DNA of 64,000 bases from positions 760-64,759 of the forward strand of contig DATALJ010000205.1 in the NCBI GenBank assembly GCA_036261135.1, written 5' to 3'. The position numbers and the translations under genes are program-made. The notes beneath the pieces were generated by a model. That model did no database searches, was not told the DNA's origin, and worked only from the letters and a program-made list of their open reading frames with translations. Shown here in pieces: positions 26,046 through 35,367 of this stretch; the stretch's first letter is position 1; each line of letters opens with the position of its first letter. Source of the DNA: Bacteroidales bacterium (GTDB lineage Bacteria; Bacteroidota; Bacteroidia; Bacteroidales; JAAUTT01).

Positions 26046-27092
26046 ATGCAAGTAATGAAACTAAGTACACATATTTTCCTGATCATATCTATTCTGTTGG
26101 TTATTAGCTTAGAAGAAGCTAAATCCCAGCAAGTGCCCCGCTTTAGTCAATTTATCCTGAACGAATTTATTATAAACCCGGCAGCAGCAGGATCCGACGG
26201 ACGTACAACGGCAACACTGGTTGGCCGAAAAGAATGGCTTGGCTTCGAAAATGGCGTACCCACGCCCGAATCATATTGCTTGAGTTTTCAAACCCGCTTT
26301 TTAAAAAGGCGTCTGTCGGTAAAGTCGAACAATTCGGGTAACAAATTGATGAAAAGAAGCAATGGCCGTGTGGGGCTAGGAGCAAATATAATTAACGACT
26401 ACAACGGGGCTATGCAGCGCCTGGGCATTGGTGCAACCTACGCATACCATCTGCGCCTTAACGAATCGCAACTGTCGTTTGGATTAACTGCCTCCATTAC
26501 GCAGTTGCAGGTTCGCAGCAAATACCTCAGCTTTAAAGACAATAGTAACGAAACGATGCTTGCACTGGCCAATGCATCGATATGGATTCCCGACGTTGCC
26601 GTAGGTATCAATTATATGTACAGGAGGTTTCGTGCCGGATTCGCTGCTGCACAGCTCCTTGAATCGTCAGTCATCTGGGGCAATTCATCGCTCAACCTGA
26701 GCAATGCCAATATTCATTTCAGAAGGAACTATTTTTTGCATGCCGCCTACTGCAACCGGTTCAATAATACTCAATGGGAGTATGAGCCATCGGCACTTCT
26801 CAAGTTTAACGACCCGGTGAATCTCAATGCAAACTACAATGGTGCAAAAATACAGGCCGACATGTTACTCCGCCTTATCTACGATCAGAGCTACTGGTTT
26901 GGCGGCGGCTACCGCACAAGCAATGAATTCATATTAATGGGCGGACTGAAATTCAAGAACATCTATTTTACGTATTCCTTCGATTATGGGAGTAACGGAA
27001 TAACCCGCTATTCCTATGGCTCGCATGAAATATCTATATCGGCTAAATTCGGAGATAGCGCACGGCGGTATTTATGGGAAGACAGGTATTAA
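26046..27092 (+). CDS. PorP/SprF-family T9SS outer-membrane protein
   Basis: Signal peptide then QQVPRFSQFILNEFIINPAAAG, the hallmark N-terminus of PorP/SprF, and the C-terminal YSYGSHEISI motif. It starts 4 nt after the type-B cargo gene. Confidence 0.85.
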   Translation: MQVMKLSTHIFLIISILLVISLEEAKSQQVPRFSQFILNEFIINPAAAGSDGRTTATLVGRKEWLGFENGVPTPESYCLSFQTRFLKRRLSVKSNNSGNKLMKRSNGRVGLGANIINDYNGAMQRLGIGATYAYHLRLNESQLSFGLTASITQLQVRSKYLSFKDNSNETMLALANASIWIPDVAVGINYMYRRFRAGFAAAQLLESSVIWGNSSLNLSNANIHFRRNYFLHAAYCNRFNNTQWEYEPSALLKFNDPVNLNANYNGAKIQADMLLRLIYDQSYWFGGGYRTSNEFILMGGLKFKNIYFTYSFDYGSNGITRYSYGSHEISISAKFGDSARRYLWEDRY

Positions 27093-27148
27093 GGTAACGT
27101 GGACAATGAAGAAGTTGTATATTCGCTTCACCTAAATTCAAATAACCA

Positions 27149-28684
27149 GTGAAATCATTTCTTAAGAATTACGGCATACTATGTTTTCTTGTACTTGTAA
27201 AATTTGGATTACAATACATCGTTGTAAATCCAGCATACGAGTTACACCGCGACGAATTTCTACATCTTGATCAGGCTCAGCATTTGGCAGCCGGGTTTCA
27301 GTCAGTTCCTCCACTTAGCTCGTGGATTTCAGTAATAATAAACCTTCTGGGAGGAGACATTTTTTGGGTACGTTTCTTCCCAGCTTTATTCGGAGCTTTA
27401 ACCATTGTTTTGGCATGGTTAATAGTAGAAAAAGCAGGCGGCGGAATACATGCAAAGATATTAACAGCCACTAGCCTTATATTCTCTACATTAGTTCGCA
27501 TAAATATCCTGTATCAGCCCAATTCATTGGACATACTGGCATGGACCATTATTTACTATTGTTTTATAGGATATGTACAATCGGGCAAAGGTAAATGGCT
27601 CATTACAGCAGGCTTAATAGCCGGAATAGGCATGCTCAACAAATACAATATTGTGTTTTTATTTGCAGGGTTAATTCCTGCACTGCTATTAACAAAGCAT
27701 AGGGTTGTATTCTCGAAAAGATCTCTATATCTGGCTCTCGCAATATTTATTGCCATTATAACACCAAATCTTGTATGGCAAATTGCGAACAACTATCCGG
27801 TGCTGCATCATATGAAAAAATTAGAGGAATCGCAACTCATTCATATAAACCGTGTCGATTTCATATTGGATCAGCTCAAATTTTTTGCCGGTTCGTTAGT
27901 GGTTATACTCTTTGCCTTGGTTGCCTTTGTGCGCTATAAACCTTTTGCTGAGCTTAGATTCATAGGAATTGCATACGTATTTACATTGACGATATTCTGT
28001 TTGCTTCGGGCAAAAAGCTACTATGCCTTTGGGCTTTATCCTGTACTTATAGCGCTGGGTAGTGTTTACCTCGAATCGTTACTATTTAAGGGATGGAAAC
28101 GATACATTATTTACGCACTTGTGCTCATCAATATTCTTTCGTTTTATCCCGTATACAATGTAGTAGTTCCAAGAGAAACGCCATACCAAATATCATCTCA
28201 TCCCGATAAATATAAGGCATTGGGCCTTTTGCGCTGGGAAGACGGGAAAGATCATCAGCTTCCGCAGGATTTTGCTGACATGCTTGGATGGCGCGAAATG
28301 GCAGAGAAAGCCCGATTAGCCTACTTGTCGTTACCAGAGAATGAAATGGATCAAACACTTATTTTTACCGATAATTACGGACAAGTGGGGGCTTTGAATT
28401 ATTATAACCGGGGAAAAACACCAGCGGCATACTCTTTCAATACCGATTACATATTCTGGATACCAGAAATGCCCCATATTATGAACATCATTTTGGTAGG
28501 CGACAGACCTGATGACAGAATTATAAAACAATTTGAATCGGTAACCCAGTTCGGTAAGGTCGAAAACCAATTTGCCCGTGAAAAGGGCACGGAGATATGG
28601 ATTTTAAGACATGCGAATAGTTCTGTTACCCGGCACATCTACAAAATGCGGACCGAAAGAATTAAACGATTTGATTTTTACTAA
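27149..28684 (+). CDS. GT-C fold glycosyltransferase (family 39/83, ArnT/PMT-like) membrane protein
   Basis: About 11 TM helices, a first-loop YELHRDEFLHLDQAQHLAAG motif (acidic DE pair as in PMT/ArnT enzymes) and a C-terminal soluble domain. The apparent start is GTG at 27149 (no nearby in-frame ATG). Confidence 0.75.
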   Translation: MKSFLKNYGILCFLVLVKFGLQYIVVNPAYELHRDEFLHLDQAQHLAAGFQSVPPLSSWISVIINLLGGDIFWVRFFPALFGALTIVLAWLIVEKAGGGIHAKILTATSLIFSTLVRINILYQPNSLDILAWTIIYYCFIGYVQSGKGKWLITAGLIAGIGMLNKYNIVFLFAGLIPALLLTKHRVVFSKRSLYLALAIFIAIITPNLVWQIANNYPVLHHMKKLEESQLIHINRVDFILDQLKFFAGSLVVILFALVAFVRYKPFAELRFIGIAYVFTLTIFCLLRAKSYYAFGLYPVLIALGSVYLESLLFKGWKRYIIYALVLINILSFYPVYNVVVPRETPYQISSHPDKYKALGLLRWEDGKDHQLPQDFADMLGWREMAEKARLAYLSLPENEMDQTLIFTDNYGQVGALNYYNRGKTPAAYSFNTDYIFWIPEMPHIMNIILVGDRPDDRIIKQFESVTQFGKVENQFAREKGTEIWILRHANSSVTRHIYKMRTERIKRFDFY

Positions 28685-28719
28685 TAGCGGAAGGTGCAAA
28701 TTGCCTTCCGGAAATGGAC

Positions 28720-28768
28720 TAGTCTCAATTAACAGATTTGACACTGTCAGGTCTGTTAATTGAGACTA
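28720..28768. terminator. Long perfect hairpin between convergent genes (candidate bidirectional terminator)
   Basis: TAGTCTCAATTAACAG (28720-28735) / CTGTTAATTGAGACTA (28753-28768): a 16-bp perfect stem with a 17-nt loop and no clear U-tract. A second hairpin CGGAAGG...CCTTCCG precedes it at about 28688-28710. Confidence 0.4.
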
Positions 28769-28792
28769 TCTTGTAGAGGCACAAATTCCTTT

Positions 28793-30367
28793 TTATTCAC
28801 CTAAACCATTTGCCCAGGCTTCACCCTCCGCACTTCTTCTCCATTTGAAATACGAATCGATTACTTTGAGCGACTCTAAACTAGGAACAGGCCCAACGTA
28901 TGGCTTCTGGTTAAAGTACATTACAGAAGGCTGGTTTTCGTTGAATACGGGCCATTCAACACTACCTTTGCCATTGGGTGTGCCGTACTTGGCAAAATTA
29001 GTCCAGTATGTACCCATAGCGTCCGAAATTTCCAGGTCAGTTTTGGAAGTTTGCGGATTCGAAGGATCCAGATTCATGAACACATAGCCAACATCCTGTC
29101 CATGAGGAGAACCATAACCATATTGTGGCGAACCTTTTGGATAATCGGGATGTTGATCGAAGTAATAATAATAAACCTTGGATTTACCAGTTTTTGCCTG
29201 AAGCTTAGCCCAAGCCCATGTTTGCCAGCCAAAAGCGGCATCACGGGTAAGGTCGCGCGCAGTTTTCGGAACAGTATTTCCTTCGGTAGGATATGCTTTT
29301 ATGAGATCGTCGGCATATTTTCCGTAGCGTTTTTTTACGTTACTAACGTATTCTTCGGGCGTTTTTTCACGCGCAAAGCTTAAGCCTTCGTCGGAATTGT
29401 ACCCGATAAGTACAGCTACATCATTATATTTGCCTGCTTCGTAGAGTTTATATTGATCACCTGGAATAACATAGCCATCTACAATGGGCCAACCACCAGG
29501 CATTCCAAATCCCATGGGAAGTTTATCAGCTTCAATTTTCCGAAGATCAGCTATAGATGTTGCTCCTGCTTTTTTTGCGAACTCCAATCCGTCATTTTCA
29601 GCCATTTTAAGGGTTTTCATGTTCTCGCCAGGATAGGTAAATACGCGTGCAGGGCCAAATGAACCACCACTTTGCGAAATAGCACCTTGGAACAAGCCTT
29701 TTGCCAATGGCGATGCACAAAGCTGGCTAATAGCAATAGCTCCGGCCGATTCGCCGAAAATAGTCACTTTATTCGGATCGCCACCGAAAGCTGCAATATT
29801 CTTCTTAACCCATTGCAAGCCGGCAATCATATCCAACAAACCATAATTCCCTGAAACTTTATTGGGATTTTCGGCGCTCAATTCGGGATGTGCCAGAAAG
29901 CCCAACTGCCCAACCCTATACGCTATGCTCACAAGCACAACGCCTTTCTTCGCGAGGTTTTCGCCACTATATGCGGGGTCGGAAGTAGCACCAAAGCTGA
30001 AACCACCGCCATAAATCCATACCAACACAGGAATTTTGTCGTTGGCAGACTTTGCAGGTGTCCAAACATTCAAGTAAAGGCAATCTTCGCTTTTACCCGA
30101 TGGGGTATTACCGCCTTGGAAAGGAGCGGGTGCGAAAGTTGTAGTTTGTTTTACTCCGTCCCAATTCTTAGCTGGTTGGGGAGCTTTCCAGCGAAGATCG
30201 CCTGTGGGTGGGGCAGCAAATGGGATTCCTTTATACACGGTTAATCCCTCTTCTAAAGTACCCTGAACTAACCCGTTCTGTGTTTTCACAGGCGCAGGCT
30301 GCTGGGCATTGACAGAAACTGCAGCAATGAGCGCAAATACTGCAAGTAATGTTATTGATTTATTCAT
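28793..30367 (-). CDS. Carboxylesterase type B (para-nitrobenzyl-esterase-like), secreted
   Basis: Signal peptide, EDCLYLNVW, VWIYGGGF and the nucleophile elbow FGESAGA: the type-B carboxylesterase/lipase family. Confidence 0.9.
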   Translation of the reverse strand: MNKSITLLAVFALIAAVSVNAQQPAPVKTQNGLVQGTLEEGLTVYKGIPFAAPPTGDLRWKAPQPAKNWDGVKQTTTFAPAPFQGGNTPSGKSEDCLYLNVWTPAKSANDKIPVLVWIYGGGFSFGATSDPAYSGENLAKKGVVLVSIAYRVGQLGFLAHPELSAENPNKVSGNYGLLDMIAGLQWVKKNIAAFGGDPNKVTIFGESAGAIAISQLCASPLAKGLFQGAISQSGGSFGPARVFTYPGENMKTLKMAENDGLEFAKKAGATSIADLRKIEADKLPMGFGMPGGWPIVDGYVIPGDQYKLYEAGKYNDVAVLIGYNSDEGLSFAREKTPEEYVSNVKKRYGKYADDLIKAYPTEGNTVPKTARDLTRDAAFGWQTWAWAKLQAKTGKSKVYYYYFDQHPDYPKGSPQYGYGSPHGQDVGYVFMNLDPSNPQTSKTDLEISDAMGTYWTNFAKYGTPNGKGSVEWPVFNENQPSVMYFNQKPYVGPVPSLESLKVIDSYFKWRRSAEGEAWANGLGE

Positions 30368-30525
30368 CCGTAAATTTTTAAAAGCTGGACAGAACCCGCA
30401 TAATGAATTTCCATCCGTTTGTGTTAACGAATCATGCTCGTTTTAGAGGTTCTAAATTAAACTTTTTTAGAACAACCTAATGCATTGCAAAGTTGTTTAT
30501 AAGATGTTTCAAAATATTCATCAAT

Positions 30526-31482
30526 ATGATACTTTCCATCTTACTGTTTATCGTATCTATAGGCATCTTATATCTGGGAGCAGAGATGCTCGTTAAAGGA
30601 GCGTCGTCGCTGGCTCTTAAACTGGGATTATCGGCCCTGGTAGTTGGCTTAACAGTAGTTGCCTTTGGAACCAGTGCCCCCGAACTTGTGGTTAGTTTGA
30701 ATGCCGCATTTACAGGGAAAGGCAATATCGCGATCGGCAATGCTATTGGTTCGAATATATTTAACACAACTATTATCCTTGGATTAGCTGCATTAGTAAA
30801 GCCTCTGCTTGTTCAAAGGCAATTGCTACGTAAGGATACACCAATTATGATTGGTGTGATGATTGTTTTTGCGGTATTCTTCTTCGATTATAAGATAGGC
30901 CGCCTTGAAGCCGCCACACTTTTCCTTTTACTTATTGGTTATACCACATATCAAATCAAGCAATCAAGAAAGGAATCGAGAAAAGTAGTGCATGATTTCG
31001 GAAGTTCTATAGAACCTGAGCTACCTAAAAGCAAATTGTATTTGGATGTAATTCTAGTAATAGCCGGGTTGGGTGCCTTAGTTGGCGGCTCGGAATTAAT
31101 GGTTCACCATGCAGTTATTATGGCCAAACTACTTGGGATGAGCGATGCACTGATAGGACTTACGATTATTGCTGCAGGCACTAGTATGCCAGAATTGGCA
31201 ACTTCGGTACTGGCATCGTTTAAGGGAAAATCAGATATCGCTATCGGAAACATAATTGGATCGTCTGTATTTAACATACTGGCAATAATTGGCTTAAGCG
31301 GTGTAATTACTCCCATTGAAGCACCCGAAATCCATTTCCGTGACATTTCAATTATGATAGGGATGTCTGTCCTCATGTTCATTTTTCTCATCACCAAGCG
31401 CAGTTTATCCAAGCAGGAAGGTCTTGTTCTTGTGGCGGGCTATGTAGCTTACATTCTGTTCCTGCTATTGAGGATGTACTAA
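30526..31482 (+). CDS. Ca2+/Na+ antiporter (CaCA family, YrbG-like)
   Basis: Two alpha-repeat motifs, GTSAPELVVS and GTSMPELATS, in a 10-TM protein. I prefer the ATG at 30526 (MILSILLFIV). Confidence 0.88.
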   Translation: MILSILLFIVSIGILYLGAEMLVKGASSLALKLGLSALVVGLTVVAFGTSAPELVVSLNAAFTGKGNIAIGNAIGSNIFNTTIILGLAALVKPLLVQRQLLRKDTPIMIGVMIVFAVFFFDYKIGRLEAATLFLLLIGYTTYQIKQSRKESRKVVHDFGSSIEPELPKSKLYLDVILVIAGLGALVGGSELMVHHAVIMAKLLGMSDALIGLTIIAAGTSMPELATSVLASFKGKSDIAIGNIIGSSVFNILAIIGLSGVITPIEAPEIHFRDISIMIGMSVLMFIFLITKRSLSKQEGLVLVAGYVAYILFLLLRMY

Positions 31483-32585
31483 TTACCAGTTTTAATCCGC
31501 TTATCAATTTCAATTATGGCTCTGTTCAATGGATAATCGTTACCAGAAGAAAGTGCTTTTAAGTAATCGGGAGCATAGTAATCGGGCGCCAATCCATATC
31601 CTTCAATATATTTACCGTTCGAACTGCGGTACAGTCTTCCGTCCGGCGTATAGATAACCTGTGCTCCCAGCTGATACACCCAGCCATTGGACAATACCCG
31701 CTGGTGAACTTCCGAGAAAGCCCCACGTGTTGTATCGCCTACAAGAATAACATTGTCCTGCGATTTCATTCCCAGAATAAAATGCTCGGCAGAACTTCCG
31801 GTATAGCTGTTTGCAAGAAGGGCAATAGGCTTATTCCGCACCGATTGGGGATCGGGATGGGTGTAATGCTCAATAAAGCCGGTAAAATCGCTGTGCTTCG
31901 GGCCATTTCTCAGCCGCGACTTAAGGTAAAGCCGCGATTCGGAAGTGAACATGTTCTGAGCAAACTGGAAATTACTGGTAATTCCTCCCGGATTAAACCG
32001 CAAATCGATGATAACAGCATCCACGTTCTGAAATTCAGCAGCAGCCTTGCGTATGAAGTCTTTGGGAAAATCCTGCCCATCGAATGTAGGAATAAACAAA
32101 TATCCAAGCTTATGGGTGTTATAGGAAAAAGTGCCGTAAAAGAAAAGATACCCTGTACTTTCATCGCTTTTATAATTGCTTTTCAAATAGTCGGTCAATA
32201 TGGTACTGAATATCTGATTGGCATGACTGGCGGACGTTGTATTGACATCGGCAAAATACGACTTATTTCTTCTGCTCCATGAGCTAAAATTACCAAACTT
32301 CTCTGCAGACAATACAGCATGCCCATCGTTTAAGGATACAATTAGTTTACATAGCGCATCGTATAATTCGCGATCGGTCGACGAATTGCTAAGGCCCTGC
32401 GCTGACACAATCCGTAACGAATCCCAATTAATGTTTTTTGCTTCAAAAGCCCCGTAAAATCTGTCGAACTCACTCCAAAATGCATTAAAAATGCCCGTTG
32501 GAGTATCGTCAAACTCTTCCTTAAGCAGTTTATCCTCGCACCCAAAAAATGTCAAAGCAATTATGATGAACAAAAAAGAGCGCAT
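31479..32585 (-). CDS. S41-family peptidase-like lipoprotein
   Basis: Lipobox LTFFGC, the N-terminal FNAFWSEFDRFYGAFEAKNINWDSL segment, DLRFNPGG and SYTGSSAEHF (Ser nucleophile region), all typical of S41 (tail-specific protease family). Confidence 0.85.
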   Translation of the reverse strand: MRSFLFIIIALTFFGCEDKLLKEEFDDTPTGIFNAFWSEFDRFYGAFEAKNINWDSLRIVSAQGLSNSSTDRELYDALCKLIVSLNDGHAVLSAEKFGNFSSWSRRNKSYFADVNTTSASHANQIFSTILTDYLKSNYKSDESTGYLFFYGTFSYNTHKLGYLFIPTFDGQDFPKDFIRKAAAEFQNVDAVIIDLRFNPGGITSNFQFAQNMFTSESRLYLKSRLRNGPKHSDFTGFIEHYTHPDPQSVRNKPIALLANSYTGSSAEHFILGMKSQDNVILVGDTTRGAFSEVHQRVLSNGWVYQLGAQVIYTPDGRLYRSSNGKYIEGYGLAPDYYAPDYLKALSSGNDYPLNRAIIEIDKRIKTGN

Positions 32586-32588
32586 TGA

Positions 32589-33380
32589 TCAGAATTTATA
32601 AGTTAAACCAATTGAATAAAGCCCCGAAACCGATTTAAGCGGGCGTGGCTCCGGAGCTGAAATATAGCGGAAGCCATACTGAATTCCTGCATTAAACCGT
32701 TGCGATAGCGCATACGAATAAGCAACCTGGGTATATACAACGAACAACTTATCGGGAAAATAAAACCGCCCATTTTCCTTCACATATTCAAACCCTGAGG
32801 ATTGTTTTTCCTGAGCACTCGATGTATGGTAATTGTTCCGCAGCACAAAAGAAAAAAGAGGAAACGAAGATGTAAACCCGATGGTTTGGCGCTTGTATGC
32901 GTAAGTAATATATAAACCAGCACCAATACTCGAAAAGTATATTTCCGGATTACCATCATTGCTCAAATTAAAATGATTGAGCAAACTGCCTGAAATATAA
33001 ATGCCGGGATTACCCTGACGCACCTTTCGCATAAAACTGTAATTCAGATCATAGTTGGTTGTATAAACACCTTTATAGCGCGATTCGTAAAACCGGATGT
33101 ACGAAGGAATTGCAGCTATTTGAGGCGTACGCCATACCGAGGAAAACGCAGTGTAAACCTGATGTATATATTTACCCGACGAATAAGTATAAGAAATTTC
33201 GCCAAAAGCATTCGCTCCTGAATACTTCTGAAAAGAATACAACTCATCAATCGACGAAAGCGTTAAATAACCAGTATAAATTGCGATTTCGTGCTTTCGC
33301 AACTGGGTAGAATCTTTCACTGCATGAACAGAGCCCCACATGAATGATAATAAGAAAATGAAAAGCAAGAATCGTTGCAT
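32589..33380 (-). CDS. Hypothetical outer-membrane beta-barrel protein
   Basis: Signal peptide, alternating hydrophobic/aromatic strands and a C-terminal ...YSIGLTYKF (terminal Phe, an OMP signature). I recognise no family. Confidence 0.55.
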   Translation of the reverse strand: MQRFLLFIFLLSFMWGSVHAVKDSTQLRKHEIAIYTGYLTLSSIDELYSFQKYSGANAFGEISYTYSSGKYIHQVYTAFSSVWRTPQIAAIPSYIRFYESRYKGVYTTNYDLNYSFMRKVRQGNPGIYISGSLLNHFNLSNDGNPEIYFSSIGAGLYITYAYKRQTIGFTSSFPLFSFVLRNNYHTSSAQEKQSSGFEYVKENGRFYFPDKLFVVYTQVAYSYALSQRFNAGIQYGFRYISAPEPRPLKSVSGLYSIGLTYKF

Positions 33381-33390
33381 CGAAAGTAAA

Positions 33391-34971
33391 TTAATCGTTT
33401 ACGAATTTGTATACCGCCAAATAGTTGTCGCTCGTGTAAAACGTCATGTGGTAATGTTTCTCTAATATGCATTTTAACGATTCCCACTTATTTTCGTTCA
33501 GCTTTGCCAGGTTTCCGTATAGAAAAATATAATCAATCTGCTTTATTGGAGCCGCAGTGTTAGTCAACCATCCTATACCATTGATCTGGTCGGCACCGCC
33601 CGCTTGTAACCGAGGGAAATTGACCCCATCCCATTGCAACGGAAACCAACCTAACGATGCTTCATAATTGTCAAGGATAACCATGGGTTTATCAACACCA
33701 AGATAATTGGAAAAATTAGGTTCCATCCAATTGTCCGACATATTTACCGGCAGAACAATGCTGTTTTTCTGGATATATACCGATGCCCCGTTAATTTGGA
33801 CCGCGTGTTTATTCAATTTTCGTATCCCCGAATTATGATGTTTCAGAAGAAGTCCCATATGCAATAATACAACCACAGCTATAAAAACCCTACCTGCATT
33901 TCGGGGAATCTTCAGCGAAGAAGCCCAAAGAACAAAGAATATATAAACCAGCAGGCAGTAACGGTCGGACATCATTCCGGCGCCAGCACTGTTGGGAACG
34001 CAAAAAAACAATGCCAAAGCCAAGAAAAAAGGAATAAGTATAACATCGGCCGGTTGAAAAAAGCTTCCCGCTTGCCGTTTGAAACGAAGAAAGATAGAAA
34101 TTGCAGCAATTATAAGAAGAAGATAGAAAAAGAATTGCGTAACCCACTGGTCGCCATCGTAATTGTAAACAATGAGACTCCGCACATCCACAAGCCATTT
34201 TAGTAATTCATGGGTTGTAAGCCTATCCGATGCCGGGGAAAACTGCACTGAGGTAACAAAAAGAATGGCCAATACCAAAAGCGGCAGGGATATAAAAAAT
34301 AGATAAAGCAATGATTTCCCTGCTTTTTTGAAGGCTTCACGGCTATGACCGCCATTTGCACTGAGGCTCCCCGCCGAAAGGGCAAGGGTAAGTAAGCCCA
34401 TGCTCAAACCAGCAAAAAAGAAGGTAAGTATAGCCGAGTAATACGTTAACGTAAGGAAAATAAAAACCTTGAAGTAAGCCCCAAATCCACCGCTTACATA
34501 AGCCTTAATCCAGAAATACAGTGTAAAAAACAAAAAAACAAACGACAGCGCAAAATTGTAAAAGCCCAGATAAAAAAGAAAAGAATAGGCAAAAGGGAAT
34601 ATAAGGATACTCAAGCCTTTCCATTCATTATTCAGCGTAGAAACCAACAAACGGAACGAAACTGCAATTCCTGCGATATAAAAGATAAGCAGGACCTTCT
34701 CTGCCAGCCATGCAGGCAAAAACAAATTAAACGCAGCAAGGATGAAATGCCCTGTCCAATTGGGCAGTACAAAGCCATTGATTGAAAAGAAGCGGGTTAG
34801 CGCCGGCTCACCCATAAAAAGTCGCCCCAATAGATTTGAATTGTGCAGGTGCGCAGGGCCATCCATCGATGGATAGAACTTTACAGACAGCAAGAGGATA
34901 ACGTTTATGGCAAGTACCGCATAAAATGTATGCCTTTCGCTCACGTATTGCCATATTTTTTTAATTTCCAT
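33391..34971 (-). CDS. Polytopic membrane protein, GT-C-like architecture (function unknown)
   Basis: 526 aa. About 12 TM helices with a first-loop SMDGPAHLHN motif and a soluble domain of about 150 aa at the C-terminus. The layout resembles GT-C/YfhO-type glycosyltransferases, but I recognise no diagnostic motif. Confidence 0.65.
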   Translation of the reverse strand: MEIKKIWQYVSERHTFYAVLAINVILLLSVKFYPSMDGPAHLHNSNLLGRLFMGEPALTRFFSINGFVLPNWTGHFILAAFNLFLPAWLAEKVLLIFYIAGIAVSFRLLVSTLNNEWKGLSILIFPFAYSFLFYLGFYNFALSFVFLFFTLYFWIKAYVSGGFGAYFKVFIFLTLTYYSAILTFFFAGLSMGLLTLALSAGSLSANGGHSREAFKKAGKSLLYLFFISLPLLVLAILFVTSVQFSPASDRLTTHELLKWLVDVRSLIVYNYDGDQWVTQFFFYLLLIIAAISIFLRFKRQAGSFFQPADVILIPFFLALALFFCVPNSAGAGMMSDRYCLLVYIFFVLWASSLKIPRNAGRVFIAVVVLLHMGLLLKHHNSGIRKLNKHAVQINGASVYIQKNSIVLPVNMSDNWMEPNFSNYLGVDKPMVILDNYEASLGWFPLQWDGVNFPRLQAGGADQINGIGWLTNTAAPIKQIDYIFLYGNLAKLNENKWESLKCILEKHYHMTFYTSDNYLAVYKFVND

Positions 34972-35227
34972 CCGTATTCTCTCCCCTGGCTGAATTTATT
35001 CAAAGTTAGCAATGGAATACAAATAAACAAATGGCTGAAACTTTTAGATAGCTTATTAAAAACGGTGACTCAAGGAAGTTTAGCGAACCTCATACATAAT
35101 GCAAACATACCGGGAAAAAAGCAGCGCAGCTTTTACCAAAAACCTAATGTAGTTTTATCTAAAACCTAACGTGCTTTTCCTAAAAAGCAGCGCAGCTTTC
35201 GTATTCATAAAACCTTATTTGTTGTAA

Positions 35228-35291
35228 TCGGATTTTGCAAATCCGCGCAGCTGGAGGATCGCTTTCAGTGAGGGTTTCGCCGGAATGGCAC
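35228..35291. repeat. Degenerate partial copy of the REP-like element
   Basis: CGGATTTTGCAAATCCG hairpin followed by CTTTCAG...AGGGTTTCGCCGGAATGGCAC. This aligns with the internal and right-end parts of copies A and B (…TTTTCAGCTCCGCAGTTAAGGGATTCCGGCCTTCGCCGGAATGAC). Confidence 0.4.
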
Positions 35292-35303
35292 GCTATAACC
35301 CAT

Positions 35304-35343
35304 AAAAAAAGACCATCCCAGACAATAGCCTTAGAGATGGTCT
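35304..35343 (-). terminator. Rho-independent terminator after maeB
   Basis: AGACCATC (35310-35317) / GATGGTCT (35336-35343). On the minus strand the stem is followed by a 7-T run (A-run 35304-35310 on plus). Confidence 0.75.
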
Positions 35344-35367
35344 TTTCTATATAGATGCTGATTCAGG

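Noticed and set aside
34843-35169. 108-aa plus-strand ORF in the 33391-34971 upstream region.
   Set aside because: It overlaps the start of the membrane-protein gene in antisense and then runs through repeat-containing intergenic DNA. It resembles no known family.
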